Sequence record: PZ540767.1
Direction: 5' to 3' (one strand)
Length of the DNA: 64,000 nt
Source: a phage
The notes under the pieces were generated by a model. That model saw only the letters and a program-made list of their open reading frames with translations. It did not search any database and was not told where the DNA came from. How positions within the stretch are numbered: the stretch's first letter is position 1; every line of letters begins with the position of its first letter. The translations under genes and the position numbers were made by a program. Positions 33,088-41,389 of this stretch are shown piece after piece.

Positions 33088-35247
33088 TTACTTAACTTTC
33101 TTGGCAATGGTGAGCATGATGCTGCCATCAATTTCACTCTCGTCCAGCTTACCGGGAAGCTTGTTGTTCAGTTCCTTCACCTGGCTTCTGATACGATCCA
33201 GAGAGAACCCTGCATCTACCAGTACCATGGCATAGTTGAACAGCTGCTTATTACGGTTACCATCACCAGTGTTGTTAAGTACCCAACGTTCCAGATTATC
33301 CAGTTGATGCTGATCAGTAAGCATTTGCTTACGATCCTCGTTCTTACTGGTTTTAGGAATGAAGGGGAGCACATCGAATAGCTGACCATCCGTATACTCA
33401 TAATGCCCTTTATGTGTTAACCATTTCTTAGAACGGTGTGAACACTGGTCATCAGCTTTAAATGGCAAGCCTTCAAGGACGTTGTTATAAAACTCCTTGT
33501 AGTCTTTGGCATCCAGCTTCAGCTCATAGTTAATAGGCAAAATGATACGGAAACGGTTAGTCTCTTCGGTATGTCGTTTAGTGGTGTAATACAAAGCCCT
33601 GTAGTCTTTCAGCAGTAACTTAGCTGTAGACAACTGACAGGTTCCATCCACATCAATAACCAGAAGGTTAAAGCCAGGAATGGCATTCTCTTCATTACGA
33701 TAACCGTTCATCACTTTATGGGTCAGCCAGTGAAGATCAGGCTGATTTACCAGTCTGTGCAGTTGATCGAATGGTACGTCTTTAGGTACGAAACCAGTGG
33801 TTAAATCCTTGCTGTATGACAAGATCATCTCATCAAGGTTAGTTGGTTTCAGAGATTCACCACTCAGGAATAAGATGCCATCAGTGTAGCTTCGCTTCAC
33901 AATGATGTTGTTTTTATAACCATAAGCAATAGCCAGGTTAATCATCTCATCCTTCTGGTTTTTACCACCACGGAAATAAGGCAGATCCTCATCCATGTCA
34001 GCCAAAGTAACGTCTGTGCCTACATCAGCTAAATACTTAGCCAACTTGGCATAGTTACGTTCAGGCGTAAGCAGCTTGGCAAAAGCTTCACCACATTCTT
34101 CAGTAAGCTTAATGGCGTTCTCCAGATGATCCTGAGAAAGCACAGGTGAACCATCTACGAAAGCATAAGCAGCAGCCAACTTCATGCACTTAAAGTAACG
34201 GTTCTCAAGTTCACCCTTTTGGATAGTTTGATACTCGTTTAAGTGTTTGGATTTGGCTTCGCAGTCCAGACGGTACTGCAAGATGTTACGTAGTACTTCG
34301 CGTGGGATAGTGATAGCTTTACGAAGGTTAGAGATATCTGCCAGCTTCTCCAGCTTCTTACCTAGATCGGTAATGAAGGTATCAGCATTGGCATCAAACA
34401 TCTGCTTCATAATGTCATCAGCTGTAATCCCTTCTGGTTTCTTAGCTTTCAGCAGGAAACCAAAGTGACAACGACGTGCATAGCCCATCTCCAGCATGTC
34501 ATACAGACGACGTTCAGTTACATCCCCATCAAACAGCTTGGTTGGAGTACCAAACAACAACATGTTAGTTGGAGTACTACCTACCAGCTTCTCATGGCGA
34601 ACGTTTTCAGCAGACGATTTGATCAGCTTATCTTTTACTAAACCGAGGTCATAGAGTTCCAGGAAAGTATCCAGTACCTCAGTCTGACCTACCAGGTTTG
34701 CACCGATTTCATCAATCTGCAAGTTAACAGCACCTGCATTACCCATAAGCAGTTTATGACGCATCTGCTTAACTGCTGGGGTAGTACCAGAGTCAAAGCT
34801 AAACAGAAGACTGCCTAAGCTTTCAAACTCTTTACGCACCTTCTCCAGCTCATCTTCTGGGTCAACCAGATTAGACGCTGTGGATTTACGTTGAGCACGT
34901 TTCTGAGCAAGCTCAAACATGTTCTGTTCAGCTACTGTAGGGAAAGTTACTTCCAGGAATCGTTCACGGAATCCTGCAAGCAATTCACGTTCGATCAGGC
35001 TGGTGGAATAGCCTTTACCAGTACCTGACGGAGACAGGTTCAGAGCGTAGATATTGATAGGCAGATCGTTACGATCATATCCTTTAATGACTGCTCGCAT
35101 AGACGAGGCCATTACACCCCAGTAGTAAGCCAGAACTACCCTGAAAAAGAGTCGTTCTTCGTTAAGGGTTTTAGCATTGAGAAAATCAACGATCTTCTCA
35201 CTGGTGGGATGATATTTCATCTCACTCACTGGTTTGATGGAGATCAT
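33088..35247 (-). CDS. primase-like replication protein (N4 gp43-like by position)
   Basis: 719 aa; N-terminal P-loop-like SPSGTGKGYS, C-terminal acidic LLVIDVDG motif; AAGGA RBS. Confidence 0.5.
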   Translation of the reverse strand: MISIKPVSEMKYHPTSEKIVDFLNAKTLNEERLFFRVVLAYYWGVMASSMRAVIKGYDRNDLPINIYALNLSPSGTGKGYSTSLIERELLAGFRERFLEVTFPTVAEQNMFELAQKRAQRKSTASNLVDPEDELEKVRKEFESLGSLLFSFDSGTTPAVKQMRHKLLMGNAGAVNLQIDEIGANLVGQTEVLDTFLELYDLGLVKDKLIKSSAENVRHEKLVGSTPTNMLLFGTPTKLFDGDVTERRLYDMLEMGYARRCHFGFLLKAKKPEGITADDIMKQMFDANADTFITDLGKKLEKLADISNLRKAITIPREVLRNILQYRLDCEAKSKHLNEYQTIQKGELENRYFKCMKLAAAYAFVDGSPVLSQDHLENAIKLTEECGEAFAKLLTPERNYAKLAKYLADVGTDVTLADMDEDLPYFRGGKNQKDEMINLAIAYGYKNNIIVKRSYTDGILFLSGESLKPTNLDEMILSYSKDLTTGFVPKDVPFDQLHRLVNQPDLHWLTHKVMNGYRNEENAIPGFNLLVIDVDGTCQLSTAKLLLKDYRALYYTTKRHTEETNRFRIILPINYELKLDAKDYKEFYNNVLEGLPFKADDQCSHRSKKWLTHKGHYEYTDGQLFDVLPFIPKTSKNEDRKQMLTDQHQLDNLERWVLNNTGDGNRNKQLFNYAMVLVDAGFSLDRIRSQVKELNNKLPGKLDESEIDGSIMLTIAKKVK

Positions 35248-35255
35248 ACTTGTCC

Positions 35256-36230
35256 TTATACTTCGAGATGACCAGAACGAATTAGCTCATCTTTTTGTTT
35301 ACAGATTGGAAAGGCTGGGCAGTATGCACAAGCTTTAACTTGACCAGGGTTATGTACGATCATACCCACGTTGCCATCGTCAGCTAGACGCTTATAAGCT
35401 TCAGCCTCAGTGTCAAAGTTTTTGGTTGATCGGGTCATGTTTGCCGGGTTCTTGTAGTACTTCCAGACCGGAGCATCACGCCATAACTCTTCATCGGTAC
35501 ATTCAGGAATGTCTTCGTCTTTGGCCTGTTTATATTTCTCATACAGGGCAATACGACCTTCAACATACTTCTGAGTTTCTTCCAGAGAGAGCAACTGATA
35601 ACGCTTGGTTTCAGTCTTTCGCTGTGGGTAGTTAGGGTTAGCTCTGGCTTGAGCACGTTGCCAGTCAGTAAAGATAAACTGGATAGACATTACATCTTTA
35701 GTAATGATATCCGGGTTAAGCCAGCGATAGATACTACCTTGCAGGGCATAGTCCAGATCCTTACTACCCTTCATATAGCTGAAGGTTGAGGTGGACTTAA
35801 AGTCCTCTAAGGCACCATTACCTACAAAGTCAAACTTACCAGTAACACGGTAACCCATGACTTCTTTCTCAGATCGGATTTCCATATACACTGGGATATC
35901 CCCAGCCTTCAATTCCCATGGTTTAGGGTTCACCTTAACCTTGGCAATCAGATCAGGTGAGTAACCTAGCTTCTCCATAGCTTTAGGGAAGTTTTCCGGT
36001 GACCAAGCCAGCTCAATACCCGAGTGAATAGCTGTACCCATACGAGACGCTACCAGGTCTTCCAGGTCAGCTGTTTGCAGCTCTGGAGGAACACGGGGAG
36101 TCAGTATCAACTGACGAATAGGCTTCAGCAGTTTGGTTGCTGAGAAGGTTCCAGGGATATAATCGTAATGATCAGTAGCCAGGAACACTGCCATAGATAA
36201 TGGGATCTTAGTGTTGTTTGTGTAAATCAT
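35256..36230 (-). CDS. PD-(D/E)xK family nuclease with C-terminal Cys cluster (Cas4/RecB-like)
   Basis: GKFDFVGNGALEDFK resembles a D...E.K nuclease core; C-terminal CAYCPAFPIC cluster; first ATG at 36230 (ORF track begins at a GTG at 36239). Confidence 0.5.
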   Translation of the reverse strand: MIYTNNTKIPLSMAVFLATDHYDYIPGTFSATKLLKPIRQLILTPRVPPELQTADLEDLVASRMGTAIHSGIELAWSPENFPKAMEKLGYSPDLIAKVKVNPKPWELKAGDIPVYMEIRSEKEVMGYRVTGKFDFVGNGALEDFKSTSTFSYMKGSKDLDYALQGSIYRWLNPDIITKDVMSIQFIFTDWQRAQARANPNYPQRKTETKRYQLLSLEETQKYVEGRIALYEKYKQAKDEDIPECTDEELWRDAPVWKYYKNPANMTRSTKNFDTEAEAYKRLADDGNVGMIVHNPGQVKACAYCPAFPICKQKDELIRSGHLEV

Positions 36231-36341
36231 AACAACCACCCAGTAAGGTTTGTGATCAGTTTAGCTACACCAAAGTACATGAAGAAACCTGCTGTAGCTC
36301 CCCAGGCTGCAAATGCTGCAAACACAAAGGTAGACATTAAC

Positions 36342-36809
36342 TTACTTAGCATTGGCTGATTCCTCGCCCCATAAGGCTGCATATGCTGCCAGATCTTCAA
36401 AGTTATCCAGCTTAAATTCACCCTGGTTTGCACGGACAATTTTCAGTAGGACTTGAATGAGCCACCCATCAGCCGGGGTAAGATCCTTACCACGAATCTT
36501 ATTGAACAGCTCAATGACCAGTGGAATGGAACGTTCACCTTCTGCATTATCATAGGTAACTGCACGATCCTCTAAATGCCCAGCAGCAGCCAGTAGTACC
36601 TTGTGGGCACTGACTGTTGTATCTACTGGTTTAGGTTTAAGATCTTCAAGCTGTGCCTTTAGGTCAGTTATAGCTTGCTCATACTTTTTAACCTGGTTTC
36701 CCCAGTAAACTTTTTTATGCTCTGCACAAGACATACCTAAGTAGTTCTTAGCCTCATGCAGACACTTTTCTGCATAAGCAAGAGAGCGTTTTAATGATCT
36801 TTTACTCAT
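36342..36809 (-). CDS. hypothetical protein (about 156 aa)
   Basis: ATG at 36809 with AGGAAA RBS (ORF track begins at a GTG at 36866). Confidence 0.45.
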   Translation of the reverse strand: MSKRSLKRSLAYAEKCLHEAKNYLGMSCAEHKKVYWGNQVKKYEQAITDLKAQLEDLKPKPVDTTVSAHKVLLAAAGHLEDRAVTYDNAEGERSIPLVIELFNKIRGKDLTPADGWLIQVLLKIVRANQGEFKLDNFEDLAAYAALWGEESANAK

Positions 36810-36866
36810 TTGGATTTCCTTTGCAAAGAATTCACAGAGTGCCCGGAAGGGCACCCCACAAAACAC

Positions 36867-38597
36867 TTAAGCCTGACAGCTTAAGCATTCATCCTTAACA
36901 ACCACACCACTTCGTGAGTAGACGTAGTAAACAGACAGGATTTCTTCATCCAGTACACAACGAGTCATCAACTCTGAGATCAGATCTTCTGATCCATCTT
37001 CAGGTACGAAGAAGTTCAGGGACTGACCTTGGCAGATATGTTTCTGACGTAAGCTGGCACGACGTAACAGGACTCGCTGATCCATTTCAAAGGCAGTCTT
37101 AAATACCTGCTTCTCGTGGTCATCAAGCCAGTCAACGTGTTGTACTGAGCCTACATGGTTAATGATATCGTTGATGGTTTCTGCTGAGTACACTCCACGT
37201 TCCTGCATGAGTTTGTAAATCTCAGGCACGATACGACTGAGCTGCCCAGCAGCAGAGCTGGCTTCAAATACCATTCCAGGATCCGGGAACCAGGATTCAG
37301 ATACACCACCCATTAACAGGGCTGTGCTCTTGGTAGGTGCAATGGCTGTACGGTGAGTATTACGTACACCATGACCTTCACACCATTCTGGTTCACCCAT
37401 GACTTCTGCCATCCACTGAGAAGCTTTGAGGCTTTCATCATGGATATGCTTGAAGATCTCTTGGTCGATAAATTGAGCTTCCAGTGACTCGTAGGGAATA
37501 CGCTTCGATTGGAAATAGGTACTGAGTCCCATTACACCTAAGCCAATTGCTCGGCCTTTGATGGTAAAGTCTCGTACTTTTTCTAAGCCCTCAATACCAT
37601 CACTAACTTCGATGAACTCTGAGCACAAGCAGTCCAGGAAAATAGTGGAATAGAATACTGCTTTGCTGGTTTTAATCTTATCCCAGTGAACCAGGTTCAA
37701 TGAGGACAGAATACAGCTATAGGTCAGATCCTTGGATGAATGCAGCATGATTTCGGTACACAGATTGCTTGCCTTAAGCATCAGGTCACGGTCTTTGTAC
37801 ATTGCAGGACGATGGCGGTTAGCCTTGTCTATGAAGTACAGATAACCCTTACCTGTCAGCATTTTGACATGCACAGCATCTTCGAATCGCTGGTTTGCTT
37901 CTGCATCACCAGCTTTCAGTTTCTCAACGAAACTATCTTTAATGATCCAGCCATAGTTCTTACCATTAGGATCGGTCTTCAGTGAGTTAAGGCACTCATA
38001 GAAATCCCCATGCTCGATATCGAGATAGGCACCAACAGAACCACGTCTGTTACCTCCCTGGCTTACCTTGCTGGTACAAGTGAAGAAGTCATCAATAACT
38101 TCCTTAGCACCATTAGCAATGCCACCAGTGCTGATCTTGGCACCACGAGGTCGGATATCCGAGAAGTCTGCTGAAGTACCAAATCCATATTTGGACAGGA
38201 TTGCAGTCTCTCGTAAGGCTGAGTAGAAGCCATCAATGCTATCTGCCACTACCTGCCCAGAGCAGGACACAGGCATACCACGATCGGTTCCTGTATTAGC
38301 CAGTGCTGGTGTAGCGGGTGACAAGATGCCATTCCACATAAGATCGAAGAATGCTTTTTCAAGTTCACCACGATAAAGCTGTGGTACATGACGTGCCAGA
38401 GTGTGTGCAATCTTCTGGTGACGTGCTCTTAATGAGCCTTCACTCTCGACGATGTACTTACTCTTGAACATTTGCCATGCTTGAGTTGTATACCAATCAG
38501 GGAGTAATCCCTGTGCTTGTAACTTCTTACGCTCGGCACTAAGTGCTTCGAACTCAGTAGCGACTGAAGTTTCTACTCCTGTAGGTTTAAACGACAT
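36867..38597 (-). CDS. nrdA: ribonucleotide reductase large subunit
   Basis: 576 aa; NLCTEI active-site region, IAPTKS motif, C-terminal ECLSCQA cysteine pair; AGGAGAG RBS. Confidence 0.85.
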   Translation of the reverse strand: MSFKPTGVETSVATEFEALSAERKKLQAQGLLPDWYTTQAWQMFKSKYIVESEGSLRARHQKIAHTLARHVPQLYRGELEKAFFDLMWNGILSPATPALANTGTDRGMPVSCSGQVVADSIDGFYSALRETAILSKYGFGTSADFSDIRPRGAKISTGGIANGAKEVIDDFFTCTSKVSQGGNRRGSVGAYLDIEHGDFYECLNSLKTDPNGKNYGWIIKDSFVEKLKAGDAEANQRFEDAVHVKMLTGKGYLYFIDKANRHRPAMYKDRDLMLKASNLCTEIMLHSSKDLTYSCILSSLNLVHWDKIKTSKAVFYSTIFLDCLCSEFIEVSDGIEGLEKVRDFTIKGRAIGLGVMGLSTYFQSKRIPYESLEAQFIDQEIFKHIHDESLKASQWMAEVMGEPEWCEGHGVRNTHRTAIAPTKSTALLMGGVSESWFPDPGMVFEASSAAGQLSRIVPEIYKLMQERGVYSAETINDIINHVGSVQHVDWLDDHEKQVFKTAFEMDQRVLLRRASLRQKHICQGQSLNFFVPEDGSEDLISELMTRCVLDEEILSVYYVYSRSGVVVKDECLSCQA

Positions 38598-38599
38598 GC

Positions 38600-39664
38600 T
38601 TACTCTCCTGGTTTCAATAAAGCTGACAGATCACGGGCACCAGATAGCTCAGTAGCTAAGTTCTGGTTAAAGCCTAATTTATGCTTGGCCCAGTTACGGG
38701 TGTACTGCAACTGAGTACCAGCAAAGAAATCTGCAAACTTATAGGAAGACAAGGAGGTATAGAACCAACTGGAGATAACGCCTGATTCCTGCTCGAACAT
38801 GTTCGGCATACCCAGACGATTCAGCACCACGTTCACACGATCACGAATGAAGTGCTGCATTTCTTCTTTGGTTACTACACGGATGGTTTCAGGAGCCTTG
38901 GCAAAGATACGTTCGATCATAGCGAACTCATGATCATGAACATCTTTAGCCATCTTCCAGATAGCATCAGCTAATGCTTCCTGTTTGGCTTCATCCATAT
39001 TGCCAGCTTCAATACGTTCCTTTTTACAGGTGTTATGAAGCCAGGCAGAGAACATGCTGTGATAGTTTTCATCTTTGGCTGAACCGTCGATACCTGCCAC
39101 AAAATGGGGGATCAACTTAAAGCCAGGACGGCTGAATGATTTGAAGAATGCAAATGCTGAGAACAGCATCACACCTTCGAGGAATGCTAACGCTGCTGTA
39201 GCTTCCAGAGCATCACCAGAAGACGCTTGTTCGTCGATCCATGCAATATGCTTGGACAGGTCTTCGTCACGCTTCCAGGTGGTGTAGAACTCATCTGTAG
39301 CCAGATCCAATGACTGATTAATCAGATCATAGAATGGGGCATGAGAGTTAAGCTCAACCATAGCGAATACAGCACAGGCACGTTGAACGTGAGGACGAGG
39401 GAACAGACGCTGGATACGTCCACCCCACATCTCTTCACCACCGATCATTAACTCATACTGAGTCAGGACGGTCTGGAGAGTGAGGATACCTTCACGTTCA
39501 CCTTCAGTTAGTTTGTTGTGGAAGTCACCAACGTCTTCCTCTACACCCAGTTCTTCAGCAGGCCAGAAGATAGCCATCTGGCTAGTGGCTGCTTCGATAG
39601 CTTGGGGGTAGTCGATGACGTAAGACTCTGTTGGAGTCTCAATACGTGAGAGAGGTTTAGTCAT
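38600..39664 (-). CDS. nrdB: ribonucleotide reductase small subunit
   Basis: 354 aa; ferritin-like di-iron carboxylate protein pattern; 2 nt downstream of nrdA. Confidence 0.8.
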   Translation of the reverse strand: MTKPLSRIETPTESYVIDYPQAIEAATSQMAIFWPAEELGVEEDVGDFHNKLTEGEREGILTLQTVLTQYELMIGGEEMWGGRIQRLFPRPHVQRACAVFAMVELNSHAPFYDLINQSLDLATDEFYTTWKRDEDLSKHIAWIDEQASSGDALEATAALAFLEGVMLFSAFAFFKSFSRPGFKLIPHFVAGIDGSAKDENYHSMFSAWLHNTCKKERIEAGNMDEAKQEALADAIWKMAKDVHDHEFAMIERIFAKAPETIRVVTKEEMQHFIRDRVNVVLNRLGMPNMFEQESGVISSWFYTSLSSYKFADFFAGTQLQYTRNWAKHKLGFNQNLATELSGARDLSALLKPGE

Positions 39665-39750
39665 AATTTACCCAAAGAATATTGAGTTGGTTGAAAAGGG
39701 TAGTGAGCATAACTCACTTCCCCGGATTCTGTAATCTGGTTATTTAACCA

Positions 39751-40509
39751 TTATGACTTGGTGAGTGCTGCCCAGCTAACCGGGAACAGAGGTTCCACAA
39801 TAGCTGCTACAGCATGGGCCAGATCCTGAATTTCCTGCTGTGCATGAGAATCAGAACGCTTGTTGAAGAAATTAGCAAAGGCCAGCAAGTTACCTGTCCA
39901 AATCCAGTTAACCATAGCACCTTGAGGCAGTACGAAACGTGCTTGCTCAGGGGCAACACCATCTTCAATCATCTTCTCATAAAGAGCTACTGCCTCTTGA
40001 GTATGGTAGATGTATTGGCGTTTCCAGTAGTCGTTTGCTTCATGGATACCAGCACTACCTTGCTTGATTGAGCCTTCTGGTTTCTGGCGGAATTCAGGGA
40101 TGAAGATCTCAGGAGTACTGCTGATATAACGACGAGACTCTTCATTCTCAACCAGTCCCTGCTTATGTTTGAAGCACTGGGTACGGATAGGAATTGGAGC
40201 CTTCATACGCAACGTGATTGCAGTATGGGCAAATGGTGTCCAGTGAACAGCCTGATGACGGATACGATCATAAAGCCATTCTGCTTCTTCTTTGCCAGAA
40301 GTAGAGTAGTTATCTGATCCCTCTTGGATCATGTTGATAATTACAGCTTTATCTTTACTGGTTACACCATTAGCCAGGAAACGGATAAGACTGGCATCCT
40401 GTTCAGGGGTAGTGACCTTTTTCAGTGGGCCAAATGAAATACGAGCTACATCTACTACACGTTGATCATCACCCATGTGATCAATGTACTCTGCTACTTG
40501 TTGGATCAT
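39751..40509 (-). CDS. thyX: flavin-dependent thymidylate synthase
   Basis: 252 aa; ESRRYISS and FFNKRSDSHAQQEIQDLA segments match ThyX signature regions; GAGGTAAG RBS. Confidence 0.7.
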   Translation of the reverse strand: MIQQVAEYIDHMGDDQRVVDVARISFGPLKKVTTPEQDASLIRFLANGVTSKDKAVIINMIQEGSDNYSTSGKEEAEWLYDRIRHQAVHWTPFAHTAITLRMKAPIPIRTQCFKHKQGLVENEESRRYISSTPEIFIPEFRQKPEGSIKQGSAGIHEANDYWKRQYIYHTQEAVALYEKMIEDGVAPEQARFVLPQGAMVNWIWTGNLLAFANFFNKRSDSHAQQEIQDLAHAVAAIVEPLFPVSWAALTKS

Positions 40510-40591
40510 TATACTTACCTCAGTAAAGGGCTATGCTGCCCATTGTTTAAAAAACAGTTATCATGTCTGTATTCATATACAGGAGACTCCC

Positions 40592-41311
40592 ATGAATATT
40601 CGAACCACTAAGGTAGATGTGTACCTGGTTAATCCAGATGGATCGCCAGCTACTAATTTACGTTTTTACGTTAAACCATTGCGAGCAAGCTTCTGGTCAA
40701 CCTACCCAGGGGTTGCTATAGATGTGGAGCTTTGTGAAACTACGGACAGTACAGGGCATTGTATTTTAGATCTCGTTGCTCTGCCTTATCCATATGAGCT
40801 TACCTATGATGACTCTGATGATTCAATCCCTGGTAGCTTCTTGTTCTATGTCCCGGATGTAGACTTCACAGTTAATTTCCAGGATCTGATCGTTACCCGA
40901 GCTGATTCTCAGGATAAGTATGTAGATAATGCTCTTAACCAGATTATTGATGGTGTGGTTAAATCTAAGCATTATAGCGAAGTGGCTCAAGCAGCTTCTG
41001 AAGCTGCGAAGCAAGCGGAAGAAGCCATTGAGACACAAGCTCAAGTACTCGCACCACAGATTACACAAACTGAACAGATGTTAACAGAAGCTCAAGAGGC
41101 TTTGACTGAAGTTCAGCAAGCCAAATCAGACTTTGAAAGTACCAATGCTTCCATTGTTACTGCTGCGGGTATTATTCAAAACAGTGCTATTACTGGAAAG
41201 TTACCTATTGGGGAATACACCCTCTGGGTTGATGCTGATGGATTACTTCGTATTATCCATGGCAACCCAACAGGGGACAAAGATGGGGTTGTTGTGGGAT
41301 CTCAATCATAA
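40592..41311 (+). CDS. hypothetical tail-associated protein
   Basis: ATG at 40592 with AGGAG RBS; ORF-track start at 40484 would overlap thyX on the other strand; first gene of the plus-strand island. Confidence 0.5.
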   Translation: MNIRTTKVDVYLVNPDGSPATNLRFYVKPLRASFWSTYPGVAIDVELCETTDSTGHCILDLVALPYPYELTYDDSDDSIPGSFLFYVPDVDFTVNFQDLIVTRADSQDKYVDNALNQIIDGVVKSKHYSEVAQAASEAAKQAEEAIETQAQVLAPQITQTEQMLTEAQEALTEVQQAKSDFESTNASIVTAAGIIQNSAITGKLPIGEYTLWVDADGLLRIIHGNPTGDKDGVVVGSQS

Positions 41312-41389
41312 CGGGTAATTTCGATAGCCTTATAGTAAGATCTTCCATTAAGATTAGGGTAGTGACTTATTTTTGATGGGAGATCTTCT

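Noticed and set aside
40484-40591. N-terminal extension of the tail-associated ORF beginning at 40484
   Set aside because: It would overlap the thyX start on the other strand; an internal ATG at 40592 has a strong AGGAG RBS, so the shorter gene is preferred.
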